Positions 37,487 through 46,162 of a stretch of DNA of 64,000 nt are shown one piece after another. Source of the stretch: Candidatus Nomurabacteria bacterium. Lineage in GTDB: Bacteria; Patescibacteriota; Saccharimonadia; Saccharimonadales; JAGQNJ01. Each line of letters opens with the position of its first letter. Within the stretch, counting starts at the first letter, position 1. The notes beneath the pieces were generated by a model. The model searched no databases. It had not been told where the DNA came from and saw nothing but the letters and a program-made list of their open reading frames with translations. A program made the translations under genes and the position numbers. The stretch is from assembly GCA_023898625.1 (NCBI GenBank), contig CP060231.1, positions 801,890 through 865,889 of the forward strand, written 5' to 3'.

Positions 37487-37915
37487 ATGGCACAGAAAGT
37501 AGTAAAAGCAAACTTGAAACTCAAAATACCAGCAGGTAAAGCAAGTGCGGGCCCGCCAGTTGGCAGCACGCTTGGTCAATATGGAGTTAATATGATGGAT
37601 TTCGTTACTCCATTCAATGAACAAACACGAGACATGAAAGGCACTGTTACAGCTCACATCACAGTTTATGACGATCGTTCTATGGATTTTAGAGTAGTTA
37701 GCCAGCCCACAGATGATTTAATCCGAAATGCACTTGGCATTCAAAAAGGATCGGGTAAGCCGAATAGCGAGAAAGTTTCCAAAAAACTGACTGATTCTCA
37801 GCTAACGCAAATTGCCGAAGAAAAAGCTAAAGATATGAATACAGATGACATTGAGGCAGTTAAGAAAATGGTTGCTGGTACGGCCAGAAGTATGGGTGTG
37901 GAGATTGAAGGTTAA
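37487..37915 (+). CDS. rplK: 50S ribosomal protein L11
   Basis: Start at the ATG at 37487 after an AAGGA RBS: MAQKVVKANLKLKIPAGKASAGPPVGSTLGQYGVNMMDF. Confidence 0.95.
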   Translation: MAQKVVKANLKLKIPAGKASAGPPVGSTLGQYGVNMMDFVTPFNEQTRDMKGTVTAHITVYDDRSMDFRVVSQPTDDLIRNALGIQKGSGKPNSEKVSKKLTDSQLTQIAEEKAKDMNTDDIEAVKKMVAGTARSMGVEIEG

Positions 37916-38349
37916 TGATGACTCTCTACGCAGGTCAGACAAAGAACTCTGTTACTCCACTCGAAACAGAAAAGGGGCTGACACTTTTTGATGAGGCTAC
38001 ACGAAAACAAGCCAATAACGCATTAGAGACAGGTGTTGTTTCTTTCGAACTAAAGTCAAAACTTGAATCTATGTATATTGATGGAAGTCATCAAGCAGGA
38101 TATTTTCTTGGCACAATGATTATACAGGGAGTCATTGAGTACCCTATTGCAATAACAAAAAACAAAGTCTCACGTGGAAATGCTGGCCCTGGCATGGAAG
38201 GTCCAGAGTATGAGAGAATGGTTGAAAATATGAGGATGCGTATATTCACAGATATGAATGATAACGAAACCGACTCACCAGTATCTACACTAGATTATTT
38301 ACGAGCTAGAGGTATAGATGACGTATATAGTGCAATTGAAGAGGAATAA
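37915..38349 (+). CDS. Hypothetical protein (ORFan) inserted between rplK and rplA
   Basis: 144-aa ORF whose ATG overlaps the rplK stop (TAATG). No recognisable motif. Confidence 0.5.
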   Translation: MMTLYAGQTKNSVTPLETEKGLTLFDEATRKQANNALETGVVSFELKSKLESMYIDGSHQAGYFLGTMIIQGVIEYPIAITKNKVSRGNAGPGMEGPEYERMVENMRMRIFTDMNDNETDSPVSTLDYLRARGIDDVYSAIEEE

Positions 38350-38401
38350 TTAATACAATTGTGGGAGAGTTAAACTCGCTTGTACCACGAAAGGAGTCAC
38401 A

Positions 38402-39394
38402 ATGACAAAGAAATCGGAACTATTAGAACAAGCTACTGAGCTTGGTTTAGATGCTACAGCAAAGAATACAATTGCCGAGATTGAACAAGCTTTAAGCAAT
38501 GCTACCAACATAAATAATAACGACACACCAGATAAAGAAGAAAAATTAGCAAAATCTGGTAAACATAGCGCCAAAGGGATTAAGGAGTCTGAAGAAAAAC
38601 AGGCAAAAATCGAAAAACAGCATCATCGTGATGAAGTAATGGATAGTGAAGAGCAAGCTTCTAACCCTAAGCCCAAAAAACCCGTAAAGCCAACACGCTC
38701 TAAATTAGAACGCCGTGGGAAAAAATACAAGAGTGTAGCCAAGTTAGTCAATAAAGACAATGAATACTCACTAGATGAAGCGCTTGAATTATCAATTAAA
38801 ACTAATCCTAGTAAGTTTAACGCAAGTGTTGAGCTACACGTAAAATTAGGCGTTGACCCACGACAAGCTGACCAAAACATACGCGGAACAGTCAGCTTGC
38901 CTTCTGGTACTGGTAAAAATGTTAAAGTGGCAGTATTTGCGGATGTTGAGGATGTAAAGAAAGCCAAAGAGGCTGGAGCTGATATTGCTGGAAGTGATGA
39001 ATTCTTGCAAATGCTCGACAAAGAAGACATCCAGTTTGATGTACTAATTTCAACTCCTCAAATGATGGCAAAGCTAGGTAAATATGCCCGTCTACTAGGA
39101 CCAAAAGGATTGATGCCAAACCCCAAGAGTGGGACAGTTACCAAAGACATTGCTGTTGCTGTCAAGGAGGCAAAGGCTGGAAAAGTAGAGTATCGTGTTG
39201 ATTCCACCGGAATTATTCATTTGAGTATCGGTAAGACTGATTTTAGTATTGATGATCTACAAAAAAACGCAAATGCTGTTTTTGGTGCCATAAAATCTGC
39301 CAAACCATCTTCATTAAAAGGAAGTTATGTGCAAAGTATATATATTGCGACTACAATGGGGCCATCAATTAAAGTCAGTCCTAGCGTAATATAG
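38402..39394 (+). CDS. rplA: 50S ribosomal protein L1 with about 93-aa N-terminal extension
   Basis: The L1 core begins at RRGKKYKSVAKLVNKDNEYSLDEALEL (about nt 38680), where no internal Met is available. The N-terminus KKSELLEQATELGLDATAKNTIAEIEQAL resembles a Rho-N/SAP (helix-extension-helix) motif and is followed by a Lys/Glu-rich linker. Confidence 0.9.
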   Translation: MTKKSELLEQATELGLDATAKNTIAEIEQALSNATNINNNDTPDKEEKLAKSGKHSAKGIKESEEKQAKIEKQHHRDEVMDSEEQASNPKPKKPVKPTRSKLERRGKKYKSVAKLVNKDNEYSLDEALELSIKTNPSKFNASVELHVKLGVDPRQADQNIRGTVSLPSGTGKNVKVAVFADVEDVKKAKEAGADIAGSDEFLQMLDKEDIQFDVLISTPQMMAKLGKYARLLGPKGLMPNPKSGTVTKDIAVAVKEAKAGKVEYRVDSTGIIHLSIGKTDFSIDDLQKNANAVFGAIKSAKPSSLKGSYVQSIYIATTMGPSIKVSPSVI

Positions 39395-39462
39395 ACTCTA
39401 CTTTCTCGACGCTATAAAAAGAACAACAGACTAAGAATCGAGCTGTTGCTATAATCTCCCTT

Positions 39463-40167
39463 ATGGGAGTTTATAGCAACAAGCAGATCAACGATGCAAT
39501 TAAGTCTAATCACATTGTCTACCATCCATACAATGCCAAGCATATTGCTGGTAGTAGCGTTGATGTAACTTTAGGTAATTGGTATTACAGAACAGAGAAG
39601 CCAAGCCAAGGTGGGTTTTATAATCCTTTTGATAAGAAATCGGTTGATAGCTATTTTAGCGGTCCATTTAAAGCTGAAATTCATCAAGAATGGGCCGATA
39701 AACACGGAAAGAAACTGTTTACTAATATACCTGCTGATCATCCTATAATAGTATTGCGTCCACAAGAACGTATTTTGGCGCACACACATGAGTTTGTCGG
39801 TATCAGAGCACCTGGGACTAGTACAATGCAGGCCCGAAGTACATGGGGTAGAAATGGTGTTGCTGTTTGTCTTGACGCTGGCTGGGGTGATCCGGGGTAC
39901 ATTAATCGTTGGACAATGGAAGTTTATAATATGAACCAACATGAAAGTGTAATTCTGCCGGTAGGTGAACGGATTGCACAAATTGTGTTTTATGAAACAG
40001 GCCCTGTTGATAACGAATACAAAAAAATTAGTGGTAAATATCAATCAAGTACCAGTGATGATCTTGATTCAATAATTGCAATGTGGACACCAGAACAAAT
40101 GTTGCCACGAGGATATAAAGATTCACGAATCATTCCGGAGGCCATTAAAGGTATAAAATATGAATAA
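39463..40167 (+). CDS. dcd: dCTP deaminase-family protein (dUTPase superfamily)
   Basis: 234 aa with GTSTMQARSTWGRNGVAVCLDAGWGDPGYINRWTMEVYN and ERIAQIVFYE. Confidence 0.75.
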   Translation: MGVYSNKQINDAIKSNHIVYHPYNAKHIAGSSVDVTLGNWYYRTEKPSQGGFYNPFDKKSVDSYFSGPFKAEIHQEWADKHGKKLFTNIPADHPIIVLRPQERILAHTHEFVGIRAPGTSTMQARSTWGRNGVAVCLDAGWGDPGYINRWTMEVYNMNQHESVILPVGERIAQIVFYETGPVDNEYKKISGKYQSSTSDDLDSIIAMWTPEQMLPRGYKDSRIIPEAIKGIKYE

Positions 40168-42478
40168 TGAGCCTACGCCTTATGAAAGTGGTGGGCAAAA
40201 GGGTTTATTCATAGTAATTGAAGGAACTGATGGTTCTGGAAAAAGCACGCAATATAAAAAGCTACGAAAACATCTTGCTGATAGTGGATATGAAGTTGTC
40301 GATATGCATTTTCCTAGATATAAAGAAGATTCTAGCTACTTTGTCAGACAATATCTTGCAGGAAAGTACGGGTCATCTGATGACGTCGGCCCATTCACTG
40401 GTTCACTTTTTTATGCCTTAGATCGCTATCAGGCATCAAATGAGATTCGCAATGCATTATCAGAAGGTAAGATCGTACTATGCGATAGGTTTGTCGGTTC
40501 AAACATGGCGCACCAAGGAACAAAGTTTAGCAATGCTGAAGAGCGTCGTGGATACTTTATTTGGCTTGACAATATCGAGTTTATAACACTTGGCATTCCA
40601 CGCCCTGACCTAAACTTTGTACTCAATACTCCCCTGGATATAATTGTTCGAAGGTTAAATGCAAAAAAACAATCAAGTGAAGCAATTCAAAAGGATATTC
40701 ATGAGACAAACGAGAACCATATTTCTAAGTCAATTGAAGTATATAAAGATTTGTGCAACTTGTTTCCAAAAGATTTCCAAAGAATTGATTCATCTCGAGG
40801 TAACGAAGAGCTAACAGTCGATGAAATACATAATCTAATATGGGAGAAAGTTACACCAATGCTTCAGCCAATCAAAAAAGACTTTGACGATACAGATAAA
40901 GTTTTAGAAAAGACAGACCTAGGTATAATTATTACAGATGCAGGGAAGAGATTACTGAGTGAATCAATAACAAACACAGATGGAAACGTGTATGCATTTA
41001 ATGAAAACATTAGTCCAGTGACAGTGGCTGCCGCAATGGCAAGACTTAGCAGAAGAGGTGATGATATGCGCGTAACACTTCTGGACGAGTTTATTAACAA
41101 AGCCGACAAAGACAAAGGACTGCTTAAACGCGTCATAACAGCGTATGGCGATGACTCGGTTCAACAACTAGTTGGTCAACACGTTGTTGTCGAGAACGCT
41201 TCTAACCTCTTAACTAAAAAACTAGAATGGGGAAGGCTAGCCTCTTATCTTGAACAATCTACTAGATATATATATTTTGACCAGAAAGACCAAAACGGAA
41301 ACTATCGATACCATATTCCAGAGTATTTTGATGATAAAACAAAATCACAATACATAAGTTCCTTGGACAGTATTTTTGATTTGTACTCTACGATAGTTCA
41401 TAGATTAACTGATTATGTTCGCGAAAAATCAAGCATACCACCAGAATCTAGAGACATTGCCTGGAAAGGAGCAACCAGAGCGCAGGCGTGTGACGCTGCT
41501 AGACCACTATTACCGGTAGCAACAACATCTACGGTTGGAATATTTGCATCTGGTCAAGCGCTAGAAAGTCTAATAATGCATCTACTTAGCGATGAACTAC
41601 CAGAAGCTAGAAATGTTGGTCAACAAATTCTTGAAGAATCAAGAAAAGTAATCCCTACATTCTTAGAGCGTGCAGATAAACCGGATCGTGGAGGAGCAAC
41701 TATTGCTTATATGTCCAATACTAAGCGATCAGTCAAAACACTAGTAAGCAGTCTATTGCAAGATTCATACAGCAATGATCACAGATCTGTGACTCTTAGT
41801 AATTATTGGCCAAAGAATGAGCTAGATGTTATTCCACAGATGATATATGAGCATAGCAACTTATCTCTTCACGAAATTAAACATCAAATTAATAACCTAG
41901 ATTATAATCAACGTTGCGACATCTTTAACGCATACATCGGCGAGCGATTAAATCGGCGACACAGGCCAGGGCGGGCGCTTGAAATTCCTCACTATAGCTG
42001 GGATATTGTGTGTGACTATGGGATTTTTCGTGATCTTCAAAGACATAGAATTGTAGATGATTTACAGTGGCAATCCCTAACACCACGATTTGGATACGAT
42101 ATACCTGAATTAATTGAATCTGCTGGCCTGGTCGATTTATTCGAAAAATGTTTTTCAATTAGTCTGGAACTATTTAGCTTACTTCAAGCCAATAACTATG
42201 CCACTGAAGCACAGTACGCAACATTACTAGGTCATAAGATGCGTTGGAAGGTCACCTATAATGCTCGTGAGGCTTTTCATCTGCATGAACTACGAACCAG
42301 TCCACAAGGGCATCCTGGGTATCGCAAGTTAGTGAAAGAAATGCATGATAAGCTATGTGAAGTACACCCTATGTTGGGACAGGCTATGAAGTTCATTAAT
42401 CAAGATGAGGATCCAGAGCTAACTCGATTAGCATCTGAGCGTTACACTCAATTTAAATTGCAACAAATTGACAAGTAA
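40160..42478 (+). CDS. Fusion protein: thymidylate kinase (N-terminal) plus tandem-duplicated FAD-dependent thymidylate synthase ThyX
   Basis: Tmk: GLFIVIEGTDGSGKSTQ and DRFVGSNMAHQG. ThyX half 1 carries a degenerate motif (LEWGRLASYLEQSTRY). ThyX half 2 carries the canonical motif (FRDLQRHRIVDDLQWQS). The ORF is 772 aa and continuous. Confidence 0.8.
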   Translation: MNNEPTPYESGGQKGLFIVIEGTDGSGKSTQYKKLRKHLADSGYEVVDMHFPRYKEDSSYFVRQYLAGKYGSSDDVGPFTGSLFYALDRYQASNEIRNALSEGKIVLCDRFVGSNMAHQGTKFSNAEERRGYFIWLDNIEFITLGIPRPDLNFVLNTPLDIIVRRLNAKKQSSEAIQKDIHETNENHISKSIEVYKDLCNLFPKDFQRIDSSRGNEELTVDEIHNLIWEKVTPMLQPIKKDFDDTDKVLEKTDLGIIITDAGKRLLSESITNTDGNVYAFNENISPVTVAAAMARLSRRGDDMRVTLLDEFINKADKDKGLLKRVITAYGDDSVQQLVGQHVVVENASNLLTKKLEWGRLASYLEQSTRYIYFDQKDQNGNYRYHIPEYFDDKTKSQYISSLDSIFDLYSTIVHRLTDYVREKSSIPPESRDIAWKGATRAQACDAARPLLPVATTSTVGIFASGQALESLIMHLLSDELPEARNVGQQILEESRKVIPTFLERADKPDRGGATIAYMSNTKRSVKTLVSSLLQDSYSNDHRSVTLSNYWPKNELDVIPQMIYEHSNLSLHEIKHQINNLDYNQRCDIFNAYIGERLNRRHRPGRALEIPHYSWDIVCDYGIFRDLQRHRIVDDLQWQSLTPRFGYDIPELIESAGLVDLFEKCFSISLELFSLLQANNYATEAQYATLLGHKMRWKVTYNAREAFHLHELRTSPQGHPGYRKLVKEMHDKLCEVHPMLGQAMKFINQDEDPELTRLASERYTQFKLQQIDK

Positions 42479-42482
42479 GTTT

Positions 42483-42848
42483 TTACGACTCGTCAACAGA
42501 AGTTGTATGAATCTCTAAATGCGTGTCAGAGATGTTAAAAGTTAGATCACTAAAACAATTTTTTACACCGGTCATCTCTGAAAACTTTGTAGCGGTGGAG
42601 TTTATGGTGTTAATGATATTTGCTATACGTTGGGCATTTGCCTGTGAGTCACCAGGAATCAGCTCGATGATTATACCTGATTTTCTGGAGATTAAATCTG
42701 CTAGACCATGAGCCGTAAACAGCTCATTTATGCCTGAAGATTCGGTATCCGATACCGTCAGACTATCAACAGGAGAAATGTCTTCAATATGACAATACAT
42801 GGCGTAATGATGTTCGTATTTTTCTTGTGGTGAGCTATTATCGTGCAT
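42483..42848 (-). CDS. Hypothetical protein
   Basis: 121-aa ORF convergent with tmk-thyX. No recognisable motif. Confidence 0.45.
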   Translation of the reverse strand: MHDNSSPQEKYEHHYAMYCHIEDISPVDSLTVSDTESSGINELFTAHGLADLISRKSGIIIELIPGDSQANAQRIANIINTINSTATKFSEMTGVKNCFSDLTFNISDTHLEIHTTSVDES

Positions 42849-43496
42849 ATATTTGAATTTATGGAGGAAGATTTGGGATATTAATCGATGATTTGAGGCT
42901 TAGGTGGGGTCTATTTGTGAAGTTCAAAAAAACTTCTAGACGCAAATGAGCTTGCTTCACAAGGCCTTCTTGTGAACCCACCTGTACCGCGAGCCTATCT
43001 TCAACCTTGAACAGGCTACCTGCAAATGCCTCGCAGATTCTGTTCCTGCCTTTGCAGACGAAGCTCCCAAATCCTCTTCAGGTCTGGAGAATCCTCTGCC
43101 TTCTGCGACTGGAGCAACCGCCTGGTGCGCTTGATTGCCTCTTCAAGCAACTTTGCACTCGCCATACGGCGTGCGCTGGCCTCATCGACATCCATCAGGA
43201 TATCAACCACTTTCTTCCCCCATTGTTAATCACCCTACTCAGGTGGCTAATGACATGATTGTCACTAGACTTGCTTGGAAGCAATGCTTCCATGAACATC
43301 TTGCTACAAAACGCTCATCGAAACACTGCATTATAAAAGCCGAACTTTTGGTTGGAGTTCGGCTTGTAATTTCTGATCTTGAAGCTACTCCAACACACTA
43401 TTCATAAATAATCACAAAGCAAAACGCTTTGTTCATATTGAGTCGGTATGTGTGTTGTGTCTTCACAGTTGAATAATTTACTCTGCTATACTAGAT

Positions 43497-43660
43497 TTGT
43501 CAATACAATATATTGAGTATACAATACTAATAGATGAAAAATTTCGTAAATAGACTACAGCTACTCCTCTTAACTCACCTTAAAGGGCTGTGTTTAGCAT
43601 TTGCGAAAGCCTGATTGATAAGAGATTCAACGAACACAGCCCGAACTATCGGGCTTTTTT
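43497..43660 (+). promoter_or_regulatory. Candidate promoter plus structured leader with mutually exclusive antiterminator/terminator helices
   Basis: Promoter TTGTCA (43497-43502), 17-nt spacer, TACAAT (43520-43525). The 10-bp helix GGGCTGTGTT (43585-43594)/AACACAGCCC (43633-43642) shares AGCCC with the terminator stem AGCCCGA (43638-43644)/TCGGGCT (43649-43655), which is followed by T6. A GGAG RBS and the ATG at 43679 follow. Confidence 0.4.
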
Positions 43661-43678
43661 ATTAGCAAAGGAGAATAT

Positions 43679-44053
43679 ATGAAATACATTAATGACAGTC
43701 AGTGGGAGGCTGAATATGAACAAATGCCTAGAGTCAGGGGATATACTGAAGCCGAACGAAGTATTATCGACTCTGAACCCCAAAACTCCCAACAGCGAAT
43801 TGCGAAAATTCAAAAGGTTATGGAAATTGATCAAAATAGATACCAGGAGTTCAAAGAGATATACCCAGATCAATCGGTACACATGGATAAGTTGATTGAA
43901 GCTTGCGCATTTTTTGCACAAGCAATGGTACGTATTTATAGTCAAGATTGGGGTGTAACGACAAGCGAAAATAGCGAATCTTGCCCAGAAGATATTCCAA
44001 CTAAAGGTATACTTACGCTATTAAACGTAGAGTTTATCGATAGACCGGCTTGA
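43679..44053 (+). CDS. Hypothetical acidic protein
   Basis: 124-aa ORF with a good RBS (AAAGGAG). No recognisable motif. Confidence 0.55.
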   Translation: MKYINDSQWEAEYEQMPRVRGYTEAERSIIDSEPQNSQQRIAKIQKVMEIDQNRYQEFKEIYPDQSVHMDKLIEACAFFAQAMVRIYSQDWGVTTSENSESCPEDIPTKGILTLLNVEFIDRPA

Positions 44054-44126
44054 CAAACGTGCTTACACGGAGTACAAATAGTTTCATAATGACTAAAATG
44101 ATAATTTCAACAATTATTATCAGCTC

Positions 44127-44187
44127 GCATTTGCGGGATTAGTTGTTATATTTAGTAACAAATTAACCCCGCAAACGCGGGGTTTTT
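44127..44187 (+). terminator. Terminator hairpin with an upstream competing (antiterminator-like) strand
   Basis: Terminator CCCCGC (44167-44172)/GCGGGG (44177-44182) plus T5. The upstream CGCATTTGCGGG (44127-44138) is complementary to CCCGCAAACGCG (44168-44179) at 11 of 12 positions. Confidence 0.5.
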
Positions 44188-44205
44188 AAATTGGAGGATT
44201 TAATA

Positions 44206-44397
44206 ATGACGATATTTGAACAAGAACTAAAATATGATTTTTATACAGAAGCATCAGATAAGATGTCGGATAGCACATTACAAAATGAGCTAGAAAATTT
44301 CTTGGAAACAACAGGGAATCCTGAAGTCAAGCAACATCTTACAAACCACAAATTACGTGCTGATTTTATACTAAAAGTAACAGATTTTATGGACTAA
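44206..44397 (+). CDS. Small acidic hypothetical protein
   Basis: Start trimmed to the ATG at 44206, 8 nt after GGAGG: MTIFEQELKYDFYTEASDK... Confidence 0.5.
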   Translation: MTIFEQELKYDFYTEASDKMSDSTLQNELENFLETTGNPEVKQHLTNHKLRADFILKVTDFMD

Positions 44398-44403
44398 TTT
44401 GAT

Positions 44404-44847
44404 ATGGAGGTTTTGTTACAAGAAATGACAGTAAGTGGATACGAAATCCATAAAAGTATACAAAATGACATAAAGTTGACTGCTCAAGATCGTTTGTATT
44501 TTACAAGATTTAACGCATTAGAGTCACTCGATAAAGAATCATACATAAAAGGCCTCGCATCTCTAGCTATTTCGGTAAGCGATAACTGTGAAACACACGA
44601 AAACATTACTAGTCAGAAACGACTAGAGCGCATGTATGCATCTCTGAGCATAAATATTGAACCATATGACGAAACAAGGCTACTTAGTCTGGAGACTGTT
44701 GACTCTATTCTTTTAAACGTAATTGAGTATATTGATTCTAATTGTGATGGTTACTATGGATTAGATTTTATCGATAGAATAAGAACCGCTCGACGTAGTG
44801 GACTAGCCCCCACAAAACAAGACAGCAATCCATTTACTGACATATAG
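44404..44847 (+). CDS. Hypothetical protein
   Basis: 147-aa ORF starting 6 nt after the previous stop. No recognisable motif. Confidence 0.5.
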   Translation: MEVLLQEMTVSGYEIHKSIQNDIKLTAQDRLYFTRFNALESLDKESYIKGLASLAISVSDNCETHENITSQKRLERMYASLSINIEPYDETRLLSLETVDSILLNVIEYIDSNCDGYYGLDFIDRIRTARRSGLAPTKQDSNPFTDI

Positions 44848-44879
44848 TGTTTTTGAATCATGTAAAAGTTTACGCCAAG

Positions 44880-45075
44880 TTGACCAACATGCAAGTATTT
44901 GATAAAATAAGCTTACATTTACCAAAGAAAGTGGCGCTATCAATCATAGTTAAGAATGCTACCGAGGTACGAGAAGTCACAATAAAACTGATTCGTATAA
45001 TATAGCCTCTGGTAAACCCGGAGGCCTTTTTGGTAATAGCAAGGTCGATAAATATCAATAATAATAGGATAAATT
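44880..45075 (+). promoter_or_regulatory. rplJ promoter and probable L10(L12)4 autoregulatory leader with attenuator hairpin
   Basis: Promoter TTGACC (44880-44885), 17-nt spacer, TAAAAT (44903-44908). An 8-bp hairpin GCCTCTGG/CCGGAGGC (44995-45015) is followed by CTTTTT. The leader is about 165 nt before the rplJ ATG. Confidence 0.45.
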
Positions 45076-45600
45076 ATGGCATTAACTAAAGATCAAAAAC
45101 AGTTGGTGGTCGACGAAGTTAGCTCGTTACTTGAAGGCTCAAAAATGACAATCGCTGTCGAGTATAAAGGCATCGGAGTAAAGTCATTGCAACAACTACG
45201 CAAATCTGCCAAAAATAACGGCACAGTAATAAAGGTTATTAAAAACCGTTTAGTTGTAAAAGCACTGCAAAGTAACTCGAAGTTAAAAGATGTTGACATT
45301 AATGATTTAAAAGGTCAGCTTCTATACGCCTTCAACGGCGAAGATGAAGTTGCACCCGCTCAAACTTTAGCAACGTTTGCAAAAACTAATCCGTCATTAA
45401 GATTTGTGGGCGCAATCACTGCAGAAGGACAGTTTATGAGTCCTGACGAAGTAAAGGTTCTAGCCTCGTTACCAAGCAAGAACGAACTAGTTGCACAAGT
45501 TATAGCAACATTGACATCACCACTTAATGACGTAACAAATGCACTTTCCGGAAACTTACACGCCCTACTTGACGGTGTGGAGTCAAAAGTGAGCGCTTAA
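45076..45600 (+). CDS. rplJ: 50S ribosomal protein L10
   Basis: 174 aa [42 protein letters not shown]... Confidence 0.95.
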   Translation: MALTKDQKQLVVDEVSSLLEGSKMTIAVEYKGIGVKSLQQLRKSAKNNGTVIKVIKNRLVVKALQSNSKLKDVDINDLKGQLLYAFNGEDEVAPAQTLATFAKTNPSLRFVGAITAEGQFMSPDEVKVLASLPSKNELVAQVIATLTSPLNDVTNALSGNLHALLDGVESKVSA

Positions 45601-45619
45601 TAATACTAAGGAGATAATT

Positions 45620-46003
45620 ATGGCAAAAGATTTAAAGAAAATTGCAGAAGAACTTACCAGTTTAACTGTACTAGAAGTAAATGAACTTAAGACAATCTTA
45701 AAAGATGAATACGGTATCGAACCTGCCGCAGCGGCAGTAGCCGTAGCTGGACCTGCTACAGGTGGAGACGACGCTGGATCCGCTGAAGAAAAGAGCGAAT
45801 TCAATGTCGTACTTAAAGACGCTGGAGCTCAAAAAGTGGCCGTGATCAAGGCAGTAAAAGAAATAACTGGTCTTGGTCTTGGTGAAGCTAAGGCGATTGT
45901 TGATGGTGCACCAAAAGCTGTACTAGAAAACGCCAAAAAAGAAGACGCTGATAACGCAAAGAAAACGTTAGAAGAAGCTGGAGCTACCGTAGAGCTTTCA
46001 TAA
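45620..46003 (+). CDS. rplL: 50S ribosomal protein L7/L12
   Basis: 127 aa with an Ala-rich hinge and C-terminal [28 protein letters not shown]. Confidence 0.95.
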   Translation: MAKDLKKIAEELTSLTVLEVNELKTILKDEYGIEPAAAAVAVAGPATGGDDAGSAEEKSEFNVVLKDAGAQKVAVIKAVKEITGLGLGEAKAIVDGAPKAVLENAKKEDADNAKKTLEEAGATVELS

Positions 46004-46023
46004 AGTCTATAGCTACAAGAGAA

Positions 46024-46060
46024 AAGGTCACCATGTCGAAGGCATAGGTGACCTTAATTT
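46024..46060 (+). terminator. Probable terminator after rplL
   Basis: 9-bp stem AAGGTCACC/GGTGACCTT. The trailing T tract is weak (TTAATTT). Confidence 0.5.
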
Positions 46061-46162
46061 ATGCGTTTTCCACAGGATTATTTATGAAATCTTTGACAAT
46101 TACAATGGGACGTGGTAATTTTACATCAGAGAGTGTAGGAAAATAAAGAGAGGCGAGGATAT

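Noticed and set aside
39571-40044. 157-aa minus-strand ORF.
   Set aside because: It is antisense to the dcd-family gene, whose conserved motifs support the plus strand.
44870-45058. 62-aa minus-strand ORF upstream of rplJ.
   Set aside because: It lies entirely within the probable rplJ promoter and leader. It has no RBS, and its sequence is of low plausibility.
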